Assembly: GCF_963921235.1 (NCBI RefSeq)
Contig: NC_086108.1
Location: 79,424,001 to 79,488,000 of the forward strand
Direction: 5' to 3'
Source: Mobula hypostoma
Lineage: Eukaryota
DNA length: 64,000 bases
In this document: piece by piece, positions 26,279-38,600 of the stretch
Numbering within the stretch: position 1 is the stretch's first letter
Layout of the letters: the number at the start of each line of letters is the position of its first letter
Program-made: the position numbers and the translations under genes
The notes under the pieces: model-generated
Databases searched by the model: none
Told to the model about the DNA's origin: nothing
What the model saw: only the letters and a program-made list of their open reading frames with translations

Positions 26279-26616
26279 GCAACGCAAACAAAATTCTGGG
26301 GGAACCCAGCAGGCCAGGCAGCATCGGTGGAAAAGAGTAATCAGTCGACATTTTGGGCCGAGATCCTTCATCAGGACTGGTAAAAAGATGGGAAGTCAGA
26401 GTAAGAAGGTGGGGGGAGGGTACCTAGTTTTTTTCCTCCATCCCCCCCCCCCCACACCTTACTCTGACTTCTCAACGTTTTTTCCAGTCCTGATTAAGGG
26501 TCTCAGCTGAAATGTTGAGTGATTACTCTTTTCCATAGCTGCTGCCTGACCTGCTGAGTTCCTCCAGAATTTTGCTTTGTTGCTTGGATTTCTAGGACCT
26601 GCAGATTTCCTCATGT
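26279..26616. mobile_element. Head-to-head Penelope terminal palindrome with two hammerhead motifs
   Basis: About 140-bp arms (26279-26420 versus 26445-26586). Minus-strand CAGTC-CTGATGA-AGGATCTCGGCCC-AAAATGTC-GACTG at 26342-26379, and a plus-strand copy at 26485-26520. Confidence 0.9.
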
Positions 26617-26617
26617 A

Positions 26618-27365
26618 GATCAAGTTTAATGCAGTCAAGTGTGAGGCATTTCTTTGGGAGGCGAAGCAGAGTAGGGTTTACACAGTGAATGGTAAGACAC
26701 TGTGTGTGATAGAACAAAGGGATCTGAAATACAGATTGATAATTCCTTGAAAGTGACATCACAGATAGCATCACAAAGCGAGCTTTCGGCATATTGGCTC
26801 TCATAAATCAAGGTACTGATTACAGGAGTTAGGATGTTATTTTGAAGTTGTAGACGATGTTGACGAGGCCATATTTGGAGTACTGTGTGCAGTTCTGATC
26901 ATAACCCAAAGGAAAGATATCAATCAGATTGAACGCGTACAGAGAGTATTTAATAGGATATTGTTGGAACTTGATGCCTTGAGTTATGGGGAAAGGTTAG
27001 GACTTTACTCCCTGGAGCTTAGGCAGATGAAGGAAGATTTGACAGAGGTATACAGTACAAAATTATGAGGGGTATAGACAGGGTAAATGCAAGCAGGCTT
27101 TTTCCACTGAGGTTAGGTGAGACTAGAACTGGAGGTCATAGGTGAAAGATGAAATGCTTAGGAGGAAGCTGAAGGGGAACTTCTTCACTCGGAGAGTTGT
27201 GCGAGTGTGGAGTGAGCTGCAAGTAAAGGTGGTGGATGTGAGTTTGATTGCAAAATTTAACAGAAGTTCAGGTAGGTGCATTGATGGGAGGGAGTATGGA
27301 GGGAAGAAACACAAGTTGACATGGACTTGATGTGCTGAAGGTCCTGTTTCTGTGATTTCTGTGAA
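26618..27365 (+). mobile_element. CR1 LINE 3' fragment
   Basis: aggccatatttggagtactgtgtgcagttctg (RPYLEYCVQF) and GNFFTRRVVRVWSEL (27142-27330). Confidence 0.88.
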
Positions 27366-27489
27366 CACCTCAAAGTGCTCTGTCATTTAGTGATATGTTG
27401 CTGGTTTTCAGTTTCTTAAAGTGACATAGGTTTTCTAACTACAAGAAAGTGCTTGTACTGAATGAATGCATGCCACAAGTAATTGAGAG

Positions 27490-27593
27490 TTGCAAGTGAG
27501 GTCCTGGTGGGCTTGGACTATCTGGTGAAGAAAACTGCCCATTGCAAGTGAGGTCCTGGTGGACTCAGACTATCTGGTGAAGAATACTGCCCA
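27490..27593 (+). repeat. Direct tandem duplication, 2 x 52 bp
   Basis: ttgcaagtgaggtcctggtgg...tatctggtgaagaa(a/t)actgccca repeated head-to-tail with 4 mismatches. Confidence 0.95.
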
Positions 27594-28094
27594 TAAGAGA
27601 GATTTTCTCTGTGCAAAGGAACCTTTGCCCACAATGTACTTTGGTGAAGCCCACAGTGCAGGTAAATGCCATGTCAAATTTGATTGCTCCTTGGACTGGG
27701 AACAAAATAGGCAGAGGCTTCCTTCCTTAATTGAGTGAACTTTTGAATGTAGCTGCAAGCTGTGAGATGTTTAGAAGATCCGTGGTAGTGGCCTGGAGTG
27801 AACATGGGGTTTGGAAGCAGAAAATGACTCTGGCACTACCTTCATGGGTAGAGCTGTTCAAGCACACAATATGGGAGCCTGTATTTGTGGTCACAGGTCA
27901 CTGATTTAAATCAGGAGTAAGAATATAGTTTGAATGTTGTTTTTGGAGAAAACTCAGTGAGTAAATTCCATCTGTTCTTGTTCTGTGAATAACCAAGAGC
28001 TTCTGCTTTTCAGACTAATGAAGTTGAAAATCTTGTAGATTAATTTTGCATGTTGCGCCACTGTCATTTATAGTTTGTGTAGCTTATAAGTGAC

Positions 28095-28680
28095 CAAACA
28101 TTTTAATTCCAATTCCCATTCCCGTTCTGACATGTTGGACCATAGCCTCCTCTCATTCCAAGATGAAGCCACTCTCTGGGTGGAGGAACAACACCTTATA
28201 TTCCATCTGGGCATCCTCCAACCTGATGGCATGAATATAAATTGCGTCTTCCAGTGAAATAAATTCTCTCCGCCTCCCCTCTTCTTGCCTACCCACTTGG
28301 CTTCACCCATCACCTTCTAGCTATCCTCCGTCTCCTTCTCCCACCTCTTTATTCTGGTGCCTTTCGCCTTCCTTTCCATCCTGAAGAAAGTTCTTGGCCT
28401 AAAACATCAACTGATTATTCATTTCCATAGATGCTGCCCGACCTGCTGAGTGCCTCCAGCATTTTGTGTGCGTTGCTTTGAATTTCCAGCATCTGCAGAC
28501 TTTCTTATGTTTAGATTAAGCAGATGCTGGGTATCTTGAGCAGCAACATAAAATGCTAGAGGAACTCAGCAGATCAGGCAGCATCTACGGAGGAGAATAA
28601 TCAGTTGACGATTTGGGCCGAGGCCCTTTATTTGACCTGTGGAATTCCTCTAGTATTGCGTGTTGATTTTGGACATCACT
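28095..28680 (+). mobile_element. Penelope 3' region followed by an inverted terminal copy
   Basis: cattttaattccaattcccattcc..EEQHLIFHLG, degenerate hammerhead cctgaagaaagttcttggcctaaaacatc, and an inverted copy at 28540-28630. Confidence 0.85.
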
Positions 28681-28961
28681 GCTGCTTATGTGCAGTCAGT
28701 CTCTGGCCGTTCTCTGACCCTCATTTCCCCATTTCCCTCAGCAGTACAACTGCAGATGTTTATCTGACGGAACTGCATGCACAGTTTTAAATAAATCCCA
28801 AAGCTAGACATGACCCCAGTTCTTTACAAAAGTAACTTCGATAATAGGAAGTATCAATGCCTTAGTTTGAGTCACACCTAAAATTTCAGTTGTTTTCGGA
28901 TCGGCAAATTCCAATTATTTTGTCTTTTTCAACTGCTTGGATAAAGTATGTTCAACTCTAC

Positions 28962-29145
28962 ATAATAATAATAATAACTTATAGAGCATTTTTCATACAG
29001 TTGGTGTGGTTCAAAGTGCTTTATAGTCACAAAATGCAAACATGACAATAAAATAAAAAATAAAAATAAACATGAAAATAAAAGACATAAAGATATTGGT
29101 TAAAAGCAAGGTTAAATAAATAGGTTTTAAGATGACATTTAAATT
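28962..29145 (-). mobile_element. L2-type 3' tail fragment
   Basis: (AAT)n, then ttatagagcatttttcatac..ttcaaagtgcttta, a typical L2-tail pattern. Confidence 0.55.
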
Positions 29146-30127
29146 TTGAAAATGTAATAGTATATTATGTCAAAATTAAAATACTTGCTTCCATATAAAT
29201 TCTTTTTAATATGCATTTCATATTTTAAAGTGATGTAAATTCTCTGAATGCTCCACCATTATTTAAGTACTCTGTCATAAACCGATCCAGTAATGACTAC
29301 TCATTATTTTATGCCAATTAGATAATGTAATATTCATATTTCCACACTCTGCTTACAAGTTGCCAATGTGCAGCAAATTTTTAATTTATCTGTTGATATT
29401 GTGGAGCCACTTCCTCACTCAGCCGATTTTTAATTTTGATTTCAATTATATCGCAGTTGTAGACATACACTTCCACACCAATGATTAACACTGGTGAGAG
29501 CAATGATGCACCTTCTCTCGCAACAGAACAATTGGAAAATGTAAATTGGAGCAGCAATGTGCTTGGTTGCACTCTACTTGATTAGCATTGTGCTCTTCCT
29601 TATTCTACAAGCAGATATATGGCTTTAAACTTATACATTCATCATGCATTTCATTCTGATTCACCATTTCCTTGTGCTGCAAATACAAAGCCAGGTTATT
29701 AATTTTTCTTTCATTAGAATGAGTTTATTTGGTCTGGAAGGAATAGCATTTACATATTTAAAACTGCTTGAAGGGTTGTGTGTTTTCCCATCCTGTTTGA
29801 GTGATTTAGATCTTAACATGGGTAATTGCCTGAATGCATTTGTTCCAAATGTGAGCACAGTAGGGCTTAACAGTAGCAATGTATCCTGAAAGATTTATTT
29901 AGAGAGGAGCAGTTTGACATTCAAAGCACCAAGTTTTTACTGCTCATTATCTAGTAAAACTTTGAAACAAAAATAGTACATTTAAATACAATGTTTCTTT
30001 TTTTCTAATTTTCTTACTTTTGCCTGTAGCATCTGTGTCCATGGTTCTTTTTGCTTCAGATTTCATACTCTGTCACCACCTGTTAATTGTAATAAGGTTA
30101 AGGTTTATTAGTTTACTTTTCCTGTGA

Positions 30128-32326
30128 ATGTTTTTTTTGGGCATTTCTTTGGGAGAGTTCTCTTGCCCTATGCAAGCAGCCAGCAACTTCCTGTCGTCTA
30201 TCATGCAGGTCTTAGACGACGGCAAGCGGGAGAGTCTGGATCAGCCACTGACCCTGGACGAGCTGACAGGCTCCATCCGTTCCTTTGGGTCGGGTAAGAC
30301 TCCCGGAAGCGACGGCTTACCGGCTGAGTTGTACTCGGCTCTGTGGGACTGGATGGGCCCAGACCTGCTGGAAGTGTACAACGCTATGCTTCTGGCCGGC
30401 AGTATGTCTGAGTCCATGAGGAAGGGCATCATCACCCTCATCTACAAGCAGAAGGGGGAAAGGGAGGAAATTAGAAATTGGAGACCCATCTCTCTCCTGA
30501 ATGTGGATTACAAGATCCTGTCCAAGGCTATCACCAACAGGGTCAAGTCTGCTCTGGGACAGGTGATCCACCCGGACCAAACCTGTGCTGTACCGGGCAG
30601 GAAGATCTCAGACAGCCTCGCGCTGCTGAGGGACACCATCGCCTACGTGCAGGACAGGGGGGTGGACGCCTGCCTGGTCAGCTTGGACCAGGAGAGAGCC
30701 TTCGACAGGATATCGCACACGTACATGGCGGACGTGCTCTCCAAAATGGGATTTGGGGAGGGAATCCGGAATTGGATTAGACTGCTCTACACAGACATCT
30801 GTAGTGCAGTCCAGGTCAACGGGTGGGAAACAGACAGCTTCCCCATCAGGTCTGGAGTCAGGCAGGGCTGTCCCCTCTCCCCTGTCTTGTTTGTCTGCTG
30901 CATAGAACCCTTTGCGGAAGCCATCAGGAGGGATGAGGGCATAAGAGGGGTGACGCTGCCAGGCAGTGGAGGGACCCAAGTGAAAACCTCCCTGTACATG
31001 GACGACGTCACCGTCTTCTGCTCTGATCCGAGGTCAGTTCGCAGGTTGATTGGCACCTGCGAACAGTTCGAGCTAGCGTCGGGGGCCAGGGTCAACCGCA
31101 TGAAGAGCGAAGCCATGCTCTTCGGCAACTGGCCTGACCGATCCAGTGTCCCCTTCACCATCAGGTCTGACCACGTGAAGGTGTTGGGGATCTGGTTCAG
31201 AGGGGCTGAGGCGTGCAACAAGAACTGGCAGGAGCGGACTGCCAAGGTGAAACAGAAACTGGGACTGTGGGGAGGGCGCTCCCTGTCGATAATGGGCAAG
31301 AACCTGGTCATCAGGTGTGAGGTGCTCTCAGGGCTGCTGTACTTGGCGCAGGTCTGGCCCGTCCCCCGCTCCTACAGCTCAGAAATCACCCAGGCTGTCT
31401 TCAGATCCGTCTGGGGATCCAAGATGGAGCGGGTGAGACGGACCGTCATGCACAAGTCCCTGGACAACGGGGGCAAGAACGTCCCCAATGTTGCCCTCAC
31501 CCTGATGGCCAGCTTCATATGTGGCTGCATCAGGTTGTATGTAGAACCCAGGTATGTGGGCACCAAGTACCACTATGTGCCCAGGTTCTACCTGTCGCCC
31601 TGGCTACGAAGGATGGGTCTGGCCCCACTCCCGCGCAACGCCCCAGTCAGCTGGTCGTTGCCGGCATACCTGTCCTACGTAGCAAAGTTCTTCCAGGAGA
31701 ACGCCTTTGACCACAGGGCCATCAGGTGGTGGTCGGCACGTAGTGTCCTGCAGGCACTGCAGGAGAAGGATGTGATGGACACAGTGGGGTGGTTCCCTGA
31801 GCAGACTGTCCAGTTCATCTGGCAAAATGCCTCATCGCCAGATCTCACCAACAGGCACCAAGACCTCGGCTGGCTGGCGGTGAGAGGGGCCCTCCCAGTC
31901 AGAGCCCTCCTGTACGCCCGGAACGTCGTCTCCGCACCCCACTGCCCACGGGAGGACTGCAGTGAGGAGGAGTCTGTGACCCACCTCTTTGTACACTGCC
32001 AGTTCGCAAAGAGGGTGTGGAGGAGGATAGACAGTCTAGTGTCACATTTCATCCCCAGCAGCTGCGTAACAGAGGACTCTCTGATCTACGGGCTGTTCCC
32101 GGGGATGCACACGGAGACCAACATCCGGTGCTGCTGGCAGATCATCAACTCGGTGAAAGACGCTCTTTAGTCGGCCCGAAACTTGATGATCTACCAGCAC
32201 ATGGAGATGTCCGTGGGAGAATGCCGCCGACTGGCACATTCTCGGCTGCAGGAGTACGTGCTGAGGGACGCACTGAAACTCGGTGCAGCCACTGCAAGGG
32301 CCCGGTGGGGAAGGACCACAGTATGA
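30128..32326 (+). pseudogene. Tx1 ORF2 remnant: reverse transcriptase plus CCHC zinc-binding domain, no endonuclease, premature TAG at 32168-32170
   Basis: Motifs PGSDGLPAELY, NWRPISLLNVDYKIL, LDQERAFD, GVRQGCPLSP, YMDD and CPREDC..ESVTHLFVHC. The frame continues after KDAL* (W expected) as SARN..RARWGRTTV* to 32326. Confidence 0.92.
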
Positions 32327-32540
32327 GTTTCTCCACCCGTGGGAGTGGGAGGGGTCGATGGGCAGGGAGTATACCCCTCAACAATGATATGGTAAACTGA
32401 ACTACTGGAGTGCCACGTGGGTGGCTATAAATACGGATATGTACTGAGTATAATGGAAACGTATGTAAAGGATGAAAAGTTATTGAATGGTTTATTGTAT
32501 ATATTTATTTTTGAATAAAGTATATTTTGAAATTAAAAAA
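30132..32540 (+). mobile_element. Young 5'-truncated Tx1-clade (L1 superfamily) non-LTR retrotransposon
   Basis: GC- and CpG-rich block with an uninterrupted RT frame, 3' UTR, AATAAA at 32514-32519 and an A-tail at about 32535-32542. Recognisable ORF2 starts at about 30177. Confidence 0.93.
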
Positions 32541-32584
32541 AATGTATTTTGCTAGAAAGCTACACACAAGAGACAACAGGAACA

Positions 32585-32930
32585 AGGAGCTAGCTGCTGG
32601 AGCAAGTCAACAGGCTGAGCAGCATCTGGGGAGGCAAGGGGATCATTGACTTTTTGGGTCAAGACCCTGCACCAGATATCCTGATGCTTGACCTGCTAAA
32701 TTCCTCCAACAGTTTGTTTTTTTTGGTAGGAAACTATCTGGTATGGGTACAGTACTTCTGCTTGTGTTGATGAAAGTCGAGCTACCTTTCACCAGCTAAC
32801 TCAGGAACCTGTCCAGTCTATATTTCCAGATCACAAAAAAAAAATCTGCATGTGCTGGAAATCCAGAGCACACCACTCAACATGCTGGAGAAACTCAGCA
32901 TGTCTGGGAGCATCTATGGAAATGAATAAC
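32585..32930. mobile_element. Degraded Penelope terminal fragments (inverted pair plus a single copy)
   Basis: gctggagcaagtcaacagg and acctgctaaattcctccaac; tctgcatgtgctggaaatccagagc at 32845. Confidence 0.65.
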
Positions 32931-33324
32931 CATATAACCATATAACAATTACAGCACGGAAACAGGCCATCTCCTGATAGACCACATTCTATTCAGTAAG
33001 CAAGTCAGTTTAGTCAGCTCACTATCACTAATAATCATAAAATTGCATCATTTGACGCACAATCCTCACCAAAAAGGTAAAGATGTACAGTAATGTGGGT
33101 ATGGTAATTTAAAAATCAAATGGAGCTGTGGGAGCTTCACCATTGGGCTTACCTGTGGGCCATATGATGATATCATAACAGTTTTCATCGTACAATATTC
33201 TTGCCTGAGTCCAAATTCTTTACAATGCACTCAGGATACTAGTTTATCACAACCGCACAAATATTTTACCTTCTGGGATGTACTACATCGTATATATATT
33301 AATCTTATATAATGCACTATAATA

Positions 33325-33640
33325 AGCAGTTGACGTTTCAGATTGAACCCCTTCTTCAGGACTGAGAAGGAAGGGGGAAGATGCCAGGATAAAAGGGTGG
33401 CGTTTATATGTGAAGCCATGTGAGTAGGGAAGGTAAAGGGCTGGCGAGGAAGGTATCTGATAGGAGAGGAGCATAGACCATAGGAGAAAGAGATGGAGGA
33501 GGGGACCCAGGAGGAGGTGATAGGCAGGTGAGAACAGGTAAGAAGCTAGACTGGAAAATAGAAGAAGAGGGGAAGGGGAGGGAATTTTTTTTACTGAAAG
33601 GAGAAATTGATACTCATGCCATCAACTTGGAGGCTGCCCA
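33325..33640 (-). mobile_element. Penelope 3' region
   Basis: Minus-strand CAGTC-CTGAAGA-AGGGGTTCAATCT-GAAACGTC-AACTG hammerhead motif, plus a purine tract. Confidence 0.85.
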
Positions 33641-33794
33641 ATAATAGCTTGTAGCTCAGGAATGGTTATTTGCAAAGGATTGAAATAGGTGACATTAGCA
33701 CCGTCTGCATTGGTGGTTCATTGGAAATTCCTCACACTAGTGCATGCTCACAATTTCATGTTTGTGTCAAGATAGGAGCAATTCAAAGAACAAA

Positions 33795-34632
33795 GCCTGA
33801 TGAATCATCTCAGTCTGAAACATTGACTGTTTATTCCCCTCCATAGATTCAAGATTATTTAATGTCATTTCCAGTGCACAAGTGTGAAGGAGAACATAAT
33901 GATTGTTAATCCAGATCTGATGCAGCATATAGAAACACACTAAGATAAATAATACAATAATATGAAAAAACACAGATACATAATATAGCTTATATACTGT
34001 GAATAGATCGATTATATATGCATAAAGTGACACTAGGTACAGGAGTGTCTGTACTTAAGATGACTGACAGGAAATGATAAAGTAGTGGTGGGGTTGGGAT
34101 AGGGGTTGGAGGTGTTGATCAGCCTTGCTGCTTGGGGAACAGCCTTACTGTTTTTGAGTCTGGTGATCCTGACATGAATGCAACATAGCCTCCTCCATAA
34201 TGGGAGTGGGAGAAACAGTCCATGAGCAGGGTGGGTGGGGCCCGTCATGATGGTGGCTGGCCTTTTTCCTTTGGTGGTGGGTGGGTTGGTGCCGGTGATG
34301 TGTTGGGCAGTTTTGACTACTCATTGTAAAGCCTTTCTGTCCGCCACAGTGCATTTTCTGTACAATGCAGTGACGCAGCCTGTTAGGATGCTTTCCAATG
34401 CACTACAGTAGAATGATGTGAGTGTGGATGTGCAAGGTCCAGCTATCTTCAGCCTCCTCAGAAAATAGAGGCGTTGGTGATCTTTCTTGATGGTGTAGTA
34501 TGTGTTTTGGGACCACAAGAGGTTGTGCAAGTTGCGCCCTCCCAGGAGTTTGAAGTTGACTTTACTGAGTTCCTCTCAACAATTTTTGTGTGTTGCCCTG
34601 GGTTTCCAGCATCTGCAGAATCTCTTGTATTT
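33795..34632 (+). mobile_element. Penelope mini-element split by a Rex1 insertion
   Basis: cctgatgaatcatctcagtctgaaacattgactg..ccatagat at 33796-33848 resumes as ctgagttcctc..gcatctgcagaatctcttgt at 34565-34632. Confidence 0.8.
33849..34560 (-). mobile_element. Rex1/Babar 3' fragment
   Basis: QRLYFLRRLK..ESILTGCVTALY (34321-34530), HPAHGLFLPLP, and a ttcaagatt tail. Confidence 0.88.
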
Positions 34633-35699
34633 ATGATCAAACAAGAAACAGTTAAATTCTGAGGGAAATAAGAGATCTTTTGAAGAAAATTATTAACAAC
34701 TTCATAGAGAATATTTTGCTTAATAATTTGAATGCTCCAGTGGATTACTACACTTTTTCCATGCAAATCAGCTAGTTTTTTTTCTCTCTGTCTTGCAGTG
34801 CAAGTGATTTGGCAGCTGGTCCAGTACAAAATTAGCTGGAGTACAGCAGGTAGAAATTGAGGAACATTTATTAGCAAGAATAAAATGGCATCTTAAGCAG
34901 TGCAGTATGTTGAATAAATTCTTTCTGAAGCAACTAAATTCTTTCCCAAAAATAAAAGGACATAGAAATAAGTAATTTTCAGGGATACTTTACCTAGAAA
35001 ATCATGCGCTTAGTCGGCTCTTTTCATACTTGATACAGTGACACCTTCCTATAACCAAATACAAAACAGTGTTATATTTATTGACTAATTGTACAGTCTG
35101 TTCAAATAAAGATTAATTAATTTACAAATAAACATATTTCCATTGCTCTTCCATTTCAACGTACTGAAATATTGCAATCTGAACAAGTGCCATAATATTT
35201 TACATTGTGTATAAAACTTGATGACATTGATATTTTGTTAGGTGCGAATAAGCAAAATAAATTTCAAAAATTATGGGCAAAGTTGCTTCCAAAGAAGGAA
35301 TATTAAAAGATGTAGTTTCTTTGAAAAGGAGGAGGGCATGACCATGTTGTTCATTGACAGAGGAAAATAGAAACACAGAGATAATGACCCAGATAGCCTT
35401 TTCCTTCAGTATAAAATTTAATGATTCTGTGATAGAATCCTATATCCTAAACCTATTGTAAGGGCACAAAGTCAGAAGGGTGCAATTTATAGTAATCCTC
35501 TATATTATATACTTAGCCACTGAACTGTGAAAATATGCAGCATGCCTTTTGAGGTTCATAATCAATTTTATTTTCATTTCCTGTGAATAAAACGTAGATA
35601 CCCAATTTAAATCCTACCAGATGTTTCTTTTGTAAGATAAGAAGTTATGTCATTTCTAACCATGAGGGATAAAAATTGCAATATAGCCAAATGGATGTA

Positions 35700-38600
35700 A
35701 AATAGAATCAGAGTGTTTTGAGGCAGCAGTACATCGCAATACATAAAACTATAAATTACAATAAGAAATATACTGTGTATTAATGTATGTGTGTATATAA
35801 AATAAAAAAGGAAAGGTACGTTGCATCCGGAGTGTGTCTGGTTAGCGGATGATTTCCCTTCACGCCTCTCTGACGTAGTGGGGAACCATGTACGAGGCAA
35901 GTTATAGCAGTGGTTTTCCATTGCCTTCTGCTGGGTGAGTTTCCAAGAGATCATCAGCTCGTAACCCAGGATGGATGGAAAACATGCAGGGGAGCTGGCT
36001 GGATTTGAACTTGGGACCTTTCGTCCTGAAGTCCGGCACTGATGCCACTCCGCCACCAGCCGGGACCATGTATATAAAATAAGTAGTGCAAAAATAGAGA
36101 AAAAAATGGAGAGGTAGTATACATGGATTCATTGTCCATTCAGAAATCTGATTGCAGGAGGGTAGAAGCTGTTCCTAAAATGTTGAGTGTGTGTCTTCGA
36201 GCTCCTGTACCACCACCTTGAAATGGGCACGTCCTGGGTGATGGGGGTCTTTAATGATAGGTGCTGCTTTTTTGAGACATCGCCGTTTGAAGGTGTCCTC
36301 AATACTGGAGAGGCTATTGTCCATGGTGGAGTGGTTGACTTTGCAACTTGCTGCAGTCTTTTCTGATCTTGTGCAGTGGCCCTTACATACCAGATAGTGA
36401 TGCAGCCAATTAGAATACTTTCTACGGTACATCTGTAGAAATTTGCAAGAGTCTTTGTGACATACCAAGTCTCCTCAAGCTCCAAATGAAATATAGCCTC
36501 TATCATGCCTTCATTGTAATTAGCATCAGTATGTTGGTCCTAGGATAGGTCTTCAGAGACGATGACACCCAGGAACCTGAAACTGCTCACACTTTCCTCT
36601 GCTGATCCCTCGATAAGGGCCTGACTTCTCCTTCCTGAAGTCCACAACTAATTCCTTGGTCTTACTGCTATTGAGTGCAAGGTTGTAGTTGCGACACCAG
36701 TTAAGCAGCTGATCTCTTTTACTTCTGTAGTCCTCCTCATCACCGTCTGAAATAGTAGTGTGTTTGGCAGATTTATAGATGACATTTGAGTTGTGCCTAG
36801 CTTCACGGTTCTGGGTGTAGAGAGAGTAGGGCAGTGGGCAAAGCATGAAGTGTGACAACATTGATTGTCAGCGAGGAGGAGATGTTATTTCCAATCTGCA
36901 GAACTGTGGTCTCCCGATATGGAAGTCAAGGATCCAGTTGCAGAGGGAGGTGCAGAGGCCCAGGTTTTGGAGCTTGTTGATTACTATGAAGGGTATGATG
37001 GTATTGAACGTTGAGCTGCAATCAATGAACAGCTGTTTCGCCTAGGTACTGTTATCGTCTAGGTGATCCAAAGCCAGTGAGATTGCATCTGCTGTAGACC
37101 TACTGTGATGATTGGCAAAATGCAGTGGGTCCATGTCCTTGCTTGGGCAGGAGTTGATTCTGGCCATGACCAACCTCTCAAGCATTTCATCACAGTAGAT
37201 GTGAGTGCAACTGGCTAATAGTCATTGCGGGAGCTCACCCTGCTCTTCCAGGGCATTTGTCGCCCCATTTAAAGCAGGTGGGAAACTCCCATTGCAACAA
37301 TAAGAGATTGAAAATGTCCTTGAACAGTCCCACCAGTTGGTTGGCATAGGTTGTCGGTCCCCTAACAGGTGCATCAACACCATGATGCCTTGTGAGAGTT
37401 GACCCTCATAAAAGATGCTCTGACATCGGACTCCTAGTCAGAGATTACGGGGTCACCAGATGCTGCAGGGATTTGCACAGGTTTAGTTTTTTTCTCCCTT
37501 TCAATGTATGCATAGAAGGCATTTACCTCATCTAGGAATGAAACAGCACAGCCATTCGTGAGGTTAGGTTTTGCCTTGTAGGAAGAAATGGCCTGCAAAC
37601 CCTGCCTGCCAGAGTTGACATGATTCTGTTTCTAACTTCAATTGGAGTTGTCTTATAGCTGTTAAAATATTCTTCCATAGATCATACCTGGACTTCTTGT
37701 ATAGTTCTGGGTCATCGGTCTTGAATGCCGCAGATCTAGTCTTCGGCAGACTACAAATCTCCTGGTTCACCCATACCTTTTTGTTTGGGCATGTCTGGTA
37801 TGTTCTTGAAGGCATATAATCATCCACACAGGTCTTGATAAAGTCAGTGATAACTCTGCTGTATTCATTCACATCTGAAGATGAATCCCTGAATATCATG
37901 TAGTTCACCAACGCAAAGCAATCCTGAAAAAGCAACTCTTCCATCTCCCTTGACCACGTACTCTTGGTCCTCACCACTGGTGGTGCAGTCTTTCATCTCT
38001 GGCTGTACACTGGGAGTAGAAGTGCAGCCAGGTGATCAGACTTTCCAAAGTGCAGGCGTGGGATGGTGGTCAAACTGTGATCAAAATGTCGGCTCTTCTG
38101 GTTTCACAGGTGATGTGTTGGTGGTAATTGTTCAGAGACTTTTTAAAGCTGACCTGATTGAAATCCCCTGAAAGGATAGGGAAGGTGTCAGCATGCACTG
38201 ATTTGTGACTTCTGATCACGGTGCTCAGCTCCTCCAGTGCCTGCCTGACATTGGCCTGAGTTGGATTGTACACCGCTACGAGGGTGATGGTGGAAATCTC
38301 TTGTGGTAGGGAAAATGGACAACACAACCAGTAGATGTACCAGGTTGGTGAGCAGGACTGAGACAGAACCATCACTTCTGTCCACCACAATGAGTTACTA
38401 ATGAAGCATACTCCCCCTCCTCTATCTTTAAAAGACTCACTGACCTGTCTTTGCGGAGAATGGTGAAGTCATTGGGCTGCAGAGCAGCATCCAAGATCAC
38501 AGGATTGAGCCATGTTTCCGTGAAGCAAAATACACAACAGTTCCTAATATCCCTCTGGTACTACAATCTTGTTCTGAGGTCTATAATTTTATTTTCCAGA

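Noticed and set aside
30128..32170. 680-aa ORF as a cellular or domesticated gene, or a bacterial-type RT system
   Set aside because: It is a 5'-truncated Tx1 ORF2 with a LINE 3' UTR, an A-tail and a premature stop. The N-terminal residues come from flanking DNA.
30241..32400. Many overlapping ORFs in alternative or antisense frames
   Set aside because: These are shadows of the GC-rich Tx1 coding sequence and have no recognisable motifs.
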